A DNA stretch of 63,896 bases, the filler included, from Corallochytrium limacisporum Hawaii (lineage: Eukaryota; Protista; Pluriformea): assembly GCA_002811645.1 (NCBI GenBank). It is 6 parts of 6 records of this genome, joined end to end, with 100 filler letters (N's around TTAATTAATTAA, not from the genome) between each part and the next. Parts side by side here need not be neighbours in the genome. Positions count along the whole stretch, not along the records: positions 1 to 15,692 come from PDIP01000163.1; 5 more parts are not named here. The stretch is one strand, 5' to 3'. The notes under the pieces were generated by a model that saw only the letters and a list, made by a program, of their open reading frames with translations, ran no database searches and was not told the origin of the DNA. Made by a program: the position numbers and the translations under genes. Positions 1 to 11,900 of this stretch are shown here, in pieces (positions within the stretch are counted from its first letter, which is position 1; each line of letters opens with the position of its first letter).

Positions 1-107
1 AATAGAATGGAATCAATATAAGTTATTATACAATCAAGATTGAAAAAGATCCTCGGGAGTCAAGTTTTTCGGAGTTTTGACCCTAACATACCAGACAGAG
101 GGTGGTA
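1..107. mobile_element. Right end of a dispersed repeat / putative Tc1-mariner (Stowaway-like) MITE, cut by the window start
   Basis: 1-109 nearly matches 49202-49310 (a few substitutions). Similarity stops right after ...CAGACAGAGGGTGG-TA(CC). The same terminus occurs at 60835-60849. Confidence 0.65.
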
Positions 108-1726
108 CCGAAAAAGCCACCGCCCGTAGGCACAGAGCGAGGTTTTTTTTTTTTTTCCCCTTTCGTTTTTCTTTTATTTTGGATGGGCGGTTGTGTGCCT
201 GCACTCAAAAGAAACAACAGTGGAAACCGCGGTCCTCCCTCGGTTCGGGCGAGCACCGAGCGGTGCCCTTCCCCGATCCGCCGTTGTCCCGTGTAGTTTT
301 ATTGGTACATACGCGCAGGTATGGATTGGTACACTCTGTACTCGCTGGTATTATCTGTACGTACCGGTACCTGCGTACGTGCGTATGGGGGTCACTTTGC
401 TCGCCAGCTTGCTGCAGGCCCAAATGGTCACGACTTTCTTTTTGTCCACCATACGTTCAGTACCGAGCTCCGCCCCCGGGGAGGGGGTGGACCGTTCCAA
501 TCGGCAAAGGCCGGACCCGGACGCGGGGCAGGGGGGTGGGATGCCTCGATCTGGGGCTAACTGATTCACTATTGATTTACCTCTCCGACATATGTAAAAT
601 GTCATCGAGGGTTTGATTGGATCGCCTTTCTATCGGCGCGTGTTTTGGAACCCGATTGACATGGGCAATCATATATTGATTCTGGCTGGAATGGCCTGCT
701 TTCCTGAGGGGGGCCTTTCCCGGAGCCTCGTGGAAGGGGGCAGATGTGGGTAAAGACGTGGACGGATGGATCGACTGGCTGTGGGCGACAGTGTCGGAGT
801 GCAGTTCAAACGCTTGCCAGGAGGTGAATAGATTTTTTCTACATCCGTGATATGGACAGGTGTAAGAAAAGGATAAAGTCTGCTAACGAATCGTTGTCGA
901 CAGCTGCCTTTATTCACAAAGTCGATCCAAACCAAGAGTTGCAGGGTATAGTATTATTACATTGAATTCCACTGTGCTAAGAGTTTGGTAGATCAAATGT
1001 GCAGATTGTAGTCTCAATTTCGTGAGCAGGCCTCCTCGCATACTCAACGCCCGACAAGAGCCAGGAGATCAGTCTCGCCACCTGGACTACACACATTTTG
1101 AAAATATGCCTTCCCTTTCGTCCTCAGATTATTTGACCATTTCATTCTGTAACATCTCGCACTGCAACGGCTGTACCGATGTCGGGAAAAGCTCTCACTC
1201 GTGCTCAACATACTCATCATAACTTTCTTTAATTTAGGAGGAAACGACTTTTCTGGGATCAACCAGTGACCACATGGGTTCAGAGATGGGGAAATAGTGA
1301 CTCCGGATCACCAACCAGTGGTGACGAACATTTTCCGGAGAACCGGACACAGATGCGTATGAACTATTGCTGCCAAGCGCCGATTGAAAAGAACGTGTAA
1401 CCTGAACCAAACGAAGCTGACCTTAACCTCCTCGAAAACTCAAACCTTTTCTCCTACTCATGCTGCTGCTGCTGCTTAACTGCCGCCGCCGCCGCCTAAT
1501 CTCTGTGTTCTGTGTATACCTGATGATTTTGCTTTATGTGACATTAACATAAACTTGATAAAACGCTTATCAGTAAGTTCTCACAAATCCGAACCCTGAT
1601 TGCTCGCGATTGATAGACAAAGGCTTTGCGTGAAGAAATCCGCCCTGAAGATATCATGTTGCTCGTGTGTAAATTCGATTGTCAACCCGTTGGGACCCAA
1701 CAGTGACATGCTCCAGTGATTGGTGT

Positions 1727-3670
1727 TCAATGGCCACCGCCGCCATAGCCACCACCTCCACGAGGTGGAGGAGCAGCATACGGGTCGTAGTGGTCGTAAG
1801 GGTCCTGGGCACCGTAATAGGGGTCAGCAGGAGGCCCACCCATGTCGTAACGACGGGTATCGTAGTGACCGTAGCCACCACCACCACCACCACCACCACC
1901 GCCACTCGGGGGTGCCGCCGGGGGAGGACCGCGGTCTTCGTAGTTACCACGACCCGGAGGAGGACCACCAGTGTCGACACGGAGATCGATGCGCTTCCCC
2001 TCAATGTCGTTGCCATTCTTGCGCAGAGCATCGTTCATGTCCGTATCATTGGCAAAGTCAACAAAGCCGATTCCAGTGGCGTAGCCATTGTTGTCGGTGA
2101 GACGCATGCCGACAGGGCGGATGGGATCAAAGAAGTCCCTGACGTCACGCTCGCGCACATGCAGAGGAAGACCATTCATGCGCAAAGTGCAACGGCGCGG
2201 AGGAGGTCCGCGGTTGTAAGAGGGTGGAGGCCGATTGTAGGGATCGTAGTAAGGGTCGCGGTCGCGGTAGCCACCGCCACGTCCACCACGGTACCTGTCC
2301 TCGTAGTAGTAATCGCCACCGCTGCGACCACCACGACGGCCACGACCACCACGGAAGCCGCCGCGGTCGCGTCCACCACGTCCACCATAATAGTCCTCAC
2401 GGTATCCACCACGAGTACGCTTGCGCTGGGCCAGGATGCTCTTGGCATCCTCAACGGTGGTGTCAAAGACCTCAATGTAACGGTCACCCATACTGTGCCG
2501 GTTCATGTCCATGGCACGGTGCTTGTCGTCCTCGTTCTCGAAGCGCACAATCGCCTGTCCGGTAGGCTTTCCGTCCCACCTAAAGACAATAATGATGCCC
2601 TGGTCTGAAATAGCCAGGCCCTTGAAAAAGTTTGTCACATCATCCTCGGTAACGTCGTACGGTAAGCCACGCAGCACAACATACATTCGAGACTCACGAG
2701 GATCAGCGTACAGGTATTTAGCACCCATTGGCATGGCGGGACTCCGTTGCAGCTCCCGACGGGCTTCATCTGTGGTACAGCGGAAGATTTCAATGTAACG
2801 ACTACCCATGTCCTTGTTATGCAAGCTTAGAGCCTTATCCACATCTTCTGCCGCGGTCATCTCAACATAGGCTTCTCCTTTGGGCTTACCACTCGGTGCG
2901 AAAGTGAAGTGAACACAAGTATTGGCATCTGTATCCTTTAGAGTGCACTGGCTCTTCTGTAAGAACTGCTCCACATCCTGTGCAGAAGCACTGTAGGGCA
3001 GACCCCTCAGCCGAACAATATAAGGGCTTAGTGCATCCAAATTGGGGCCACGCTCCCGTCCGTAGACCATGCGTTCGGGAGCTCCGCTGCGCTCTCCATA
3101 ACCGCCGTCCCGCTCGCTGGCACGACGGGGACTGCGTGACCGACTACGTGAACGATATCCACCGGGCGATGCACTGCGACGATTGTACCGGTCATCACCT
3201 CCTCTCCGGTCATAGTCACGTTCATAGCCACCACGGCGCTCTCCACCTTCACGGTCGTAGTCATCGTACCGTCCTTCACCATAATCGGCACCACGGCCGT
3301 AGTCGTAACCGCCACGGTCGTCACCGCGGGGCTCTACCTCACCGCGTCGGTCATCTCCGTAGTCGTCATACCGGCGTTCGTCGACGTAGTCTGTCCTTCG
3401 GTCGCGTCCATAGTCTCCACGACGGTCATCGCCATAGTCTCCGCGACGGTCGTCACCATAGTCTCCACGGCGATCCTCTCCGTAATCACCGTAGTCTCCG
3501 CGGCGATCGTCACCGTAGTCTCCTCGACGGTCATCTCCGTAGTCTCCTACAGGTCTGTCATTTTCCGCTGCAGCCGGAGCGGGTGCTGTTTCTTTTGCAA
3601 CGGGAGTGGGATCTGCGCCTTCCTCGACCGCCTGGCCGTTGCGACCAGTGTCTTTCGCGGCGTCACTCAT
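1727..3670 (-). CDS. hnRNP F/H / GRSF1 / ESRP-family RNA-binding protein with three quasi-RRMs and RS, RGG and Y/D/G low-complexity regions
   Basis: 647-aa ORF. qRRM signatures IVRLRGLPYSA...GEAYVEM...HNKDMGSRYIEIF and VVLRGLPYDVT...GQAIVRF...RHSMGDRYIEVF, plus a third RRM (LRMNGLP...GFVDF). RSRSRSRSP and RGG tracts. Confidence 0.9.
   Translation of the reverse strand: MSDAAKDTGRNGQAVEEGADPTPVAKETAPAPAAAENDRPVGDYGDDRRGDYGDDRRGDYGDYGEDRRGDYGDDRRGDYGDDRRGDYGRDRRTDYVDERRYDDYGDDRRGEVEPRGDDRGGYDYGRGADYGEGRYDDYDREGGERRGGYERDYDRRGGDDRYNRRSASPGGYRSRSRSRSPRRASERDGGYGERSGAPERMVYGRERGPNLDALSPYIVRLRGLPYSASAQDVEQFLQKSQCTLKDTDANTCVHFTFAPSGKPKGEAYVEMTAAEDVDKALSLHNKDMGSRYIEIFRCTTDEARRELQRSPAMPMGAKYLYADPRESRMYVVLRGLPYDVTEDDVTNFFKGLAISDQGIIIVFRWDGKPTGQAIVRFENEDDKHRAMDMNRHSMGDRYIEVFDTTVEDAKSILAQRKRTRGGYREDYYGGRGGRDRGGFRGGRGRRGGRSGGDYYYEDRYRGGRGGGYRDRDPYYDPYNRPPPSYNRGPPPRRCTLRMNGLPLHVRERDVRDFFDPIRPVGMRLTDNNGYATGIGFVDFANDTDMNDALRKNGNDIEGKRIDLRVDTGGPPPGRGNYEDRGPPPAAPPSGGGGGGGGGGYGHYDTRRYDMGGPPADPYYGAQDPYDHYDPYAAPPPRGGGGYGGGGH
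3386..3547 (-). repeat. Coding 24-nt tandem repeat (DYGDDRRG)n in the N-terminus of the RNA-binding protein
   Basis: About six imperfect DYGDDRRG units in the translation, seen as recurring (c)gtagtctcc...cgacggtc units in the DNA. Confidence 0.85.
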
Positions 3671-4593
3671 GGGGTTTGTTTCAACGGACGGAATTTTGGC
3701 AGTTCCTGAGTTTCTTTTAAGTATGTTGTCGACCCGAAACCCGATGTCTGTGAGCAGACAAGGTGAGCTTCGTATTACTTTTAGTTCAGAAAGTAAATCA
3801 AATGAACCTATGAACTCATTAAAAATGACTCCCTAGGCCAGAAGAGTCCTAGATATCCTGAACAAAAATAGAATTATTCTTGGCACGCTGCCCAATGCAG
3901 CAACGATTGGTGTTTGCTCGAGTTTGACTAAATGATGGAAAATCGGGTTCGAGATTTAAATAACTTGTATCAAATCTTCATGACTGCTATCGAAAACTTG
4001 TATAGAGTATAACAATAGGACTCATCATGCCGAACCTACTGTCGCGCAAAAGTGAAAACAAAAGAAACCTACCACCATTCGGGACCACACTGTGCTTTGT
4101 TCTCTGGTTTTTTATCTCTCTCGCCTTCCCTCTTGCCCAAGGACACTGGGCCGTTGATGACCGCAAGGAAGGGTGCACTCACCTTTTCTTGGACCATTCC
4201 CAGTAGAAAAAGAAATGAATCACGCAGCCACCGCAGGTCTCCCCACTCCCCGTCCCCCCCCCCCAAGGCAGGGTTGGCTGGTTGGTTAAGAAATGGTCTA
4301 GAAGGACACAAGGAAAAAAGCCACCGCAAGAAAACAAGGGGGTGGGAAGGCGAGAGAGTGTGTGGGGGGNNNNNNNNNNNNNNNNNNNNNNNNNNNNNNN
4401 NNNNNNNNNNNNNNNNNNNNNNNNNNNNNNNNNNNNNNNNNNNNNNNNNNNNNNNNNNNNNNNNNNNNNNNNNNNNNNNNNNNNNNNNNNNNNNNNNNNN
4501 NNNNNNNNNNNNNNNNNNNNNNNNNNNNNNNNNNNNNNNNNNNNNNNNNNNNNNNNNNNNNNNAACAAGGGGGTGGGAAGGCGGGGGAGTGTG

Positions 4594-4624
<31 letters not shown>

Positions 4625-5945
4625 CGGCGGGCGAAGGAAGAGAGGAAAAAAGGGGCAGGACGGGAGGGCGTTTTTTTTTTTCGAAAGGGAACGCCGTTTT
4701 GGACCGGTGATTTTTCCATTACGGAGATTTTTTTTCTCTTCGCCTTTATTTTTTTCGCCGTTCAACCCTGCGCCCCCGAGAATGAAATGGCAAGAAATTG
4801 TAGAGGCCAATGGAGCCCTGGGAGGGGCGTTGGTGGCGGAGAAAAGGGAGAGTGCGAGCCCTTCTCTTTCTCTGCCGTGTGTCTTGGTGCCTTCCCCGTT
4901 CAGCGGCGCTGTTGTTCCTTTGCTGGACCGGAACTGGGGGTACCGGAAAAAAGGGAGAGAGGGCACTGAGACAGAGAGAGAGAGAGGAAGGGAGGAGGAG
5001 GACGAGGGGGACAGACGCAGTTTGGAAACAAAAAGAAAAACCCAAGCCCGGCGCCTCTTAGCGGAGTGCGTCTTGGCTCTGCAAGGAGAGCATAGGTGAG
5101 TGAAGACCACTTCGGCACTCGGCGGTGGGGGATGAGATCTTTCGTTTTTCTTTCTTTGGAATTCTTTCCTTTATTCTTTGGGGCTTACCTTATTTTTTTT
5201 TGCGTTTGGCTCCCCTTTATTTGCAGCCGAGGCAGGCGCACCCAGAAATTTTTAAAAGAGAAAATAACGCGATAATACGTCGCGGTCGGCGGATTCCTCT
5301 ACGAAAGCGCCAAAAAGGGAGGCAGGAAAAAAGCAGGCCAAGTCAAAGTGTGCGAGCCAGAGAAAGCAGGAGGGACCAAGAAGGGACGAGACAAGGGGGG
5401 GGGGAGCGGGAAGGAAGGAGGGAAGGCAGTTGGACCCACGTGCTTGTTACAAAGCAAGAGAAAAAGGGGAGGCAAGTGGGGCGGTGGTGGTCCTTATGCC
5501 GTACTATCGAACTGTACACAGGAGCGTAGGAAGAGTAAGGGCAGCGAATGTCAATTGCGCAGCATGCGGGGGGAGTATTGGGGGGGGGGGAGTAGTGAGG
5601 ATCCCATCACAAAACGGCTTTCTCACTGCCTGAGATTCCGTGCCACTGGTGAATGTTATACTACACAGGTACGATCATCCGAGGTCCACAGTGCAAGGAG
5701 TATATACCATCAACATAAAACTCCCATCCTTCACATCCTCTGACACCTAATCCAGAATGCAATCGTTATATCTATCACTGTTGCGTAGATGATGTTCACG
5801 GTCACATCATCAGGGGACACTTAGCCAAGGGGCAAAGGGAATATTGATTGCTGTGTGTGCCGTTCGCCAAGGGAGGGGATCGTGTATGGGCCATATTCTT
5901 TAGTGTGGTATATTTCTAATCTACAGGGATGCTCGCATCCCATTT

Positions 5946-6698
5946 TCAATCGTACTTGGCATCTGGCAAGCGAACACGGTTGTAGACAGCGATCCATTTC
6001 GACCCCTGGTTGCGTTCTACCTTCTTGCCTTCTTCAGTGTTGTTCCACATGATCTCGGCAGCCGGATCATTGGTGGCATCCTCTTCGGACAGCCGGGAGA
6101 ATGCGGGGTGGCGATCGATGTAATAAGTCATCCATTCATACAGCTCAAACACATCTGTGATGATGTAAAGACGGCCACCATCAGTACGCAGAAGATGGGC
6201 ATACTCGGTCAGCAGTGTGTGCGAGATGATTCGCCATTTGTGCTTAGCCTTCTTGAAGTGTGGGTCAGGGAAGCAAAAGTACATCTTGCTGAGCTGACCC
6301 TTCTTGAAGAAATGCGGCAAAAACTTCATAGCGTTGGCCCTTAGCACGGAGATATTCTGCCATTTACCTGGCTCTTGCAGCCTCAGGGCACGGATCCGTT
6401 CATTAACATAGTCAGAGACCTTCACTCGAATCTCGAGCCCCAGGCTGAGTTTGTCTGGGTAGAGTTTGGACAGTGCCAACAGGAGTCCACCATACCCACA
6501 ACCAATGTCCAGGATCTCCACACCATTCGTGTAATTTTCGAATTCAGGATAATGTGTCTTCCAGTCCATTAAAGCTGGCTGTGAAGGATATTCAAACGAA
6601 TGGTCCGACCTGGGATTCGCATGGGCTCTTTGCCGATAGAACCTCTTCTGTGGGAGTGCGACGGTGTCACCGTCAGTAGTCTGTCCGTTATTCGCCAT
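5946..6698 (-). CDS. METTL1: tRNA (guanine-N7)-methyltransferase catalytic subunit (Trm8/METTL1)
   Basis: LPQKRFYRQRAHANP, SAM motif ILDIGCGYGGLL, GLEIRVKVSDYV, NAMKFLP, FPDPHFKK, TEEGKKVERN. Start placed at ATG 6698 (MANNG); the track's 6794 start is not an ATG. Confidence 0.96.
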   Translation of the reverse strand: MANNGQTTDGDTVALPQKRFYRQRAHANPRSDHSFEYPSQPALMDWKTHYPEFENYTNGVEILDIGCGYGGLLLALSKLYPDKLSLGLEIRVKVSDYVNERIRALRLQEPGKWQNISVLRANAMKFLPHFFKKGQLSKMYFCFPDPHFKKAKHKWRIISHTLLTEYAHLLRTDGGRLYIITDVFELYEWMTYYIDRHPAFSRLSEEDATNDPAAEIMWNNTEEGKKVERNQGSKWIAVYNRVRLPDAKYD

Positions 6699-8070
6699 AG
6701 CTGAACCACTAGTGGCAAATCTAAAATATTCTGTCGGGTATATGATGAAAGGGATCAACATGTGGACCTGTACTGCCCGGTGAAATACCACCATTTGGTG
6801 CCTGTCCAGTTAGACGGCTTATGTGTGTGGGGGACCCCCCGGGCAAGCAGGGCCACGCAGTCCCCTCCCCCTCGCTCCGGAGAGGCCGGTCCCATCCGTC
6901 CCTACCTCAAATCCACAAGTGCAACTGTGGGTTTCTGTATACACAATTCAGTGGAATGGCCATTCCACCTGACATGTTGATCTTTCAACGCTAGAAATGT
7001 AATGAGTATTTCCTACTAGTTGCTCATGTCATGAACACGAAGCGATTGCAAACATATGAGAGTCTCCCGTCTCTTCAAGGGAACTCCGTCTTGGGCACTC
7101 CCAGCTTCTCCTGACGATCGTTCTGTTCCGGTTTAAAGAAAAAGAATGTGCATGGTTAGTGTCATTGTCCCTGTATCACATCATTGACAAGTTATGTTAT
7201 AATCTCCTACCTACAATTTCGTTTTTGATACCAGAGTACATCAAGTACGGCACACCGATCATAAAGACCATGGTCAGGGCGGTAGTGCGGTAGTTCCATC
7301 GAAAGTGAGCTGTGCTGCCCTCGCGAGCGGTGACCCAGCGCTCAATGGCCATAGATTTCTGCAGAACAAAAAGACAATTGGAACTCCTGTTAGTCTATCC
7401 AATCCTGTAGACGCATCATGCGATGATCCCTAAAAGCATTCACAAAGTGCATAACCTACCCTTAATGCCTCACCCATGTCTGCAGATGATAATTGTTTAC
7501 CGAGGCAACAGACTTATGAAACGGAGAAAAATCCAGTATTAACGTAAGTGCAGAGACCTCTATACCTTACAACGCATGTTCTCCTGTAATTTAATCCGTT
7601 CCCTCGAGCCGTTGGACTCGAATTCTTGCTCTATTTTAGTTGTTGCCATGTTGCCCTTGTGCAGTCAAAATGTCTCTAACACTGGAGAAAGCCAGTGGCC
7701 CTCCCACAATCCGACACGAATGTCGTTCCATGACCCCTTTGGTCCGTACTTCCAGTACTGACCAAAACAAAACGCAAGAGCTTTGGTTCATTCACTACTG
7801 GGCCGACTCTGCTGATGGATTTACAAGACGTCCGGATGTTTAAGCGTACTCCTCCCAGTATATTCAGTACGAGGTGGGGGTACCCGGTACTGGCTGCGGA
7901 GGTGACCCGCCAAATCGCCTTCGCCCCGTTTTGGAGGATTTCCTTGGGCGTTATCGGACCTGCTGGTTTTGATGGGTGCATGCCACCTTGCTGACAAGGT
8001 ACTCATGGCCAGGGACAGGTTTCACGTACAACTGCATACAGCCAGCTATTTGCTTACAAATGATCAGATC

Positions 8071-9474
8071 ATGGACCAAATAGTGGTCGAGGAGGCAATG
8101 GAAGCCGCGAGTGATGGCACCTCGAGCGGTGCCCACATCACGGACCTTCCTGACGAGGTCTTCTACTTGATCCGGGAGCATCTCGACGCTGTCAGCTGGC
8201 AAGAGATTGGATACACATGCAAGCGTCTCCGAAAATTATGCCACGATGAAAAGTTCTGGGAGAAAATGTGTAAAGACGATTTGTTGATTGATCCGCTGCA
8301 CGACGACATGGAGACGTGGGAGCATTCCGTTCTTGGGGCACACACCCTTGGCTATGAAAACATGTCTACGCTTCAACCACACATGTGGCGTTTAATTTAT
8401 AATCTGTGTGAGCCATATCGTCAATTACAAGGTCTCTGGGCGGGCAAATTTCGGCGACATCGTACCCATCCATATGGTGCCATGTTCTACATTCATTTTT
8501 CGAACGGAAAACTTCACCTCCGTTATATGACGGGTTATCTTGAGTTCGACAAACAGGAAGTCAACTACTGGGCAAGGGTATCGAATGGCAATGTTCCGTC
8601 TGGAGAAGATCGATGTCCCACACCATGCATCCAGCTCCGCCTGAGTCCACACAAACTTGCATTTGACAATGCATATTGTGACTACCAGTCCAAACTCTAC
8701 TTGCCAAGAAGAATTAACCGATTGCAGTCCATGCTGAGAGAGCGAATGGACGACGCCTATGCAGACGGCGTGCAGACAAAGGAGCTGGAGACCACGCTTG
8801 AAATTATGGAGCCAGGCCTTGCCTATCTCAGCATCCAACATTTTGACCTTGATCTGAGTCGACTCCCTAGTGGGTGTTACATGGACCCGGACTTCTCCTC
8901 TGTGGAAGGTGTCTGGGTCGGCGACTACGGCCCGCACGGTGTGGAGATTATTGCAGTTACCTTGGAGGATGGTGTGCTTTACGGTCGCAAAATCACCGGC
9001 GATGAAAATGTGCCTGCAAACGAATTAACATGGCGAGTACAAATTCAGGAGCAACCGGAGGAAGTTGATTACCGCATGTGGAATGTCCGATTTGCGCAGG
9101 ATCATATGGACGGCGTCGATTCCGTCCGATTGATTTATCCAGGGGCTGGACAGATTGCAGGGCATGGCTTCCGTGATCCTACGTATGTCCCTGGAAAGTT
9201 TGCAGTCGTTAAAGATACATCCGAACACAGGTTCATAGAATTTGTATGGACCGATGCGGTTATTGGCTTTGGGATCCGCTACAAACGCTTCGAGTTCACT
9301 GACCGGGAGCGGATTGGCTGCCAAAGTTTCCAGCGCCCTGAAGAGATGCCACGAGCCCCGCGTGACTCACCACAAACGTTTCGTGGGCTTGAGCTTCTCC
9401 TCGGAAACTTCGCGGATACGATGGAAGAGGAAGAGGACTCGGACTCTGGATCCTTCCATGCCAACGGCGACTGA
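8071..9474 (+). CDS. F-box protein, FBXO31-like (F-box plus cyclin-D1-binding-type beta domain)
   Basis: F-box ITDLPDEVFYLIREHL...TCKRLRKLC. GLWAG...PYGAMF. C-terminal GVWVGDYGPHGVEII...GRKITGDENVPA...GQIAGHGFRDP resembles FBXO31. Start uncertain (in-frame ATGs at 7972 and 8071, among others). Confidence 0.8.
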   Translation: MDQIVVEEAMEAASDGTSSGAHITDLPDEVFYLIREHLDAVSWQEIGYTCKRLRKLCHDEKFWEKMCKDDLLIDPLHDDMETWEHSVLGAHTLGYENMSTLQPHMWRLIYNLCEPYRQLQGLWAGKFRRHRTHPYGAMFYIHFSNGKLHLRYMTGYLEFDKQEVNYWARVSNGNVPSGEDRCPTPCIQLRLSPHKLAFDNAYCDYQSKLYLPRRINRLQSMLRERMDDAYADGVQTKELETTLEIMEPGLAYLSIQHFDLDLSRLPSGCYMDPDFSSVEGVWVGDYGPHGVEIIAVTLEDGVLYGRKITGDENVPANELTWRVQIQEQPEEVDYRMWNVRFAQDHMDGVDSVRLIYPGAGQIAGHGFRDPTYVPGKFAVVKDTSEHRFIEFVWTDAVIGFGIRYKRFEFTDRERIGCQSFQRPEEMPRAPRDSPQTFRGLELLLGNFADTMEEEEDSDSGSFHANGD

Positions 9475-11063
9475 CCCCTTCAACATCAAGTCCTGGAGCC
9501 CACGGACCCTACATATTGGCCTGGGCCAGAGGACCGCGTAAATAATATCCGGCCGGGATGAAGTACACCGGAGCACACCGGGGGATTCAGAACCCAATTT
9601 GGAAAATCTTAAAACTGGCTTCATTGGCCGACACACCACGCTCCGGCCGTTCGGTCTCTGAACAGCATTCTGGCAAAATGCGTGAACATTCACTACCCGA
9701 GGCGTCACCTGAACTCATTTCGGGCCACGTGATGAAGAGAAAGTAGGAACAACAGCCGACCGTTAGCGAGTGGGCGTGCTGCCGGGCACACGCAGGAGAA
9801 ACGTCACCGCCCTGAACCCCATAGACACAGTATGTCAGTTTTTCTTCACGTCTTCTTCTTGCCAGCTTGGACACGGGAGGGAGCGGTGCAGGGTCAGGAA
9901 AAAGGACCGGCAGAGCAAGGTTGAAAAGAAGAAGAATAAACTTCCCTCCTCTATGAAAAGTGTAATTAACGAGCAAGCCTGCTACGCGCGCGCGATCAAA
10001 CTGAAAATGTACTTGGAAAAAAGGGCCGTACTGTTTAGATCCCGCGTCGGCGGTTTTTTTTTCTTGCGACGGTCGGAGATGCACGATCAGAGAGTGTGTC
10101 TCGACCGCTTGACTCCCGGGTGACTCCCCCTCCGCTCCCTTACACTCTCCCCTTCGACCCTGAATAGGTCAGGGCTGCTCAGCTTTCAGCGATATCATCG
10201 TTTTCTGCCGTGTCGGCTACCTGCCCCGCGACGGAGGGGAGGAGCAGGACAAAGAAAAAAAAAAGTAAAGAAAAAAATGGACGGAACAGGACCGCGTCTG
10301 GAGAGAGGGGGGGACATTGGTCAGACTCAATCGCGCGCCCTCGCCTCGTTTTCTTTGTGTGAGGGCTCTTGTTGGCGCGCTGAGCACAAGCACCACTCGC
10401 GGTTTGCGCAGTGTGCAGCCCGCAGCGGGTGACCTCCCGGGCCCCGGGCGGGTCCCATTTTAAATTCAGAGGAGCGGGTCGCCTGTCAAGGCGGGACTTT
10501 TTTGGTAGCCCGACGGAACTCTCACGGTACTTTCTCTATCAAGCCGCCGGGTGGGTCGGAACCGTCGTGAAAATTTCAGGAGTGGCCAGCTGCAGCAAGA
10601 GATTGTCATGAACAGTCTTGGGTGTTTCGGGTCGGTTTGGTCGTTTGGAAAACGCGGGTTTCGGAGATACGCACTTGGAAGCACCACGGTGATGAAGATG
10701 ACTGATAGATGAAGGCACGGTCCTGGCTTGAAAATAAAATTCTCTATTGACGCTCCCTATCAGAGTCGATAACTCTGTGACATCACCGGGTCTTCGACAA
10801 GGTTTTTGAAGCAAGGTATATTTATGCATCTACATAAATATAGAAATATTCATGTTAGCTTCTTGTACAGTATTTTAGATCTGATTAAAGGGACGGGTAT
10901 TGAAAGAAACCTTTCACGTATCATGACATGAATGTGGTCCTCTGTAACCACGCGTCATCACCGTGAAATGCAGGCATTCAAGCCCAAGGGGACCGCCACA
11001 CAGGCTCTCGTCACAACAGCTTCAGCACATAAAACACAAGGTCTTTTAGGCATTATTCCAGTC

Positions 11064-11900
11064 ATGGATCCGACCAAGGCAGCAGTAGTTGCTGGTGTGG
11101 TCAGTGGAGTTGCACAGACTGCAGTGGGACACCCATTCGACACTGTAAAGGTACGTCTGCAAACCTGTCAAAACGGGTATGGTACCTTCAAGGTTATGTC
11201 GACACTCTTCAAGACTGAAGGGTTACGGGGCTTTTACAGAGGAATCTCGACACCACTTTTAGGCGTTGGTGCCATGAACTCACTCATGTTTTCTTCTTAT
11301 AGTATTGTACAGAGCCAACTGAATAGTATGGGTTGGGAAGCTGGACCAAAGCGGGACGCAGCGTCAGGCGCCGTGGCCGGGTTCGTGTCCAGTTTCCTGC
11401 TCACACCAATCGACTACTTCAAGTGTAACAGACAGGTTCTGCAGTCGCAAGCGTGCGCTACGGGAGGAACAGACATCCAGTTGGTACTCCATACCATGCG
11501 TACTAGGCCCATTGAAATGTTTAGAGGTCTCGGTGCCACATCCATGTTCCTGGCAGTCGGTGGTGCTGCATTCTTTACAACGTTCAACATCGTAAGGGCG
11601 AAGTTTGCTGAATTGCGAGGTGGAGAAATCAGCGCCTTGGATAACGCTGTTGCTGGTGCTCTTGCTGGACTTGGCTTTCTGTCCACAGCTTATCCACTGG
11701 ACCTGATCAAAACCCGAGTGCAGACGGGATCAAGCAGCGGTATCTCAAGCGCATTGAGCAGCGTACTCTCGACCCGTGGAGTGCCTGGTCTCTACCGCGG
11801 CTTCAACGCATCAGTAGCCCGTGCCCTACCGGTCGATGCAGTCCTGTTTGTCGTCTACCACGCCGTCTTCACCGCATTGACGGGCGAGCTTAGCCGTTGA
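11064..11900 (+). CDS. Mitochondrial carrier (SLC25), carnitine/basic amino-acid carrier-like
   Basis: Three Px[D/E]xx[K/R]x[R/K] signatures: PFDTVKVRLQ, PIDYFKCNRQ, PLDLIKTRVQ. Also GLRGFYRG and GLYRGF. The ORF is open from 10932, but ATG 11064 gives a typical carrier length. Confidence 0.92.
   Translation: MDPTKAAVVAGVVSGVAQTAVGHPFDTVKVRLQTCQNGYGTFKVMSTLFKTEGLRGFYRGISTPLLGVGAMNSLMFSSYSIVQSQLNSMGWEAGPKRDAASGAVAGFVSSFLLTPIDYFKCNRQVLQSQACATGGTDIQLVLHTMRTRPIEMFRGLGATSMFLAVGGAAFFTTFNIVRAKFAELRGGEISALDNAVAGALAGLGFLSTAYPLDLIKTRVQTGSSSGISSALSSVLSTRGVPGLYRGFNASVARALPVDAVLFVVYHAVFTALTGELSR

Noticed and set aside
1679-2608. 309-aa plus-strand ORF (also 2980-3720)
   Set aside because: Antisense shadow of the low-complexity RNA-binding protein.
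4333-4600. Near-duplicate aacaagggggtgggaaggcg..gagtgtgtgggggg on both sides of a gap
   Set aside because: Cannot separate a tandem repeat from an unmerged contig overlap.
4052-5110. ORFs spanning N gaps (also 24730-25532 and 30075-30847)
   Set aside because: Their length comes from Ns and low-complexity sequence, with no protein signal.
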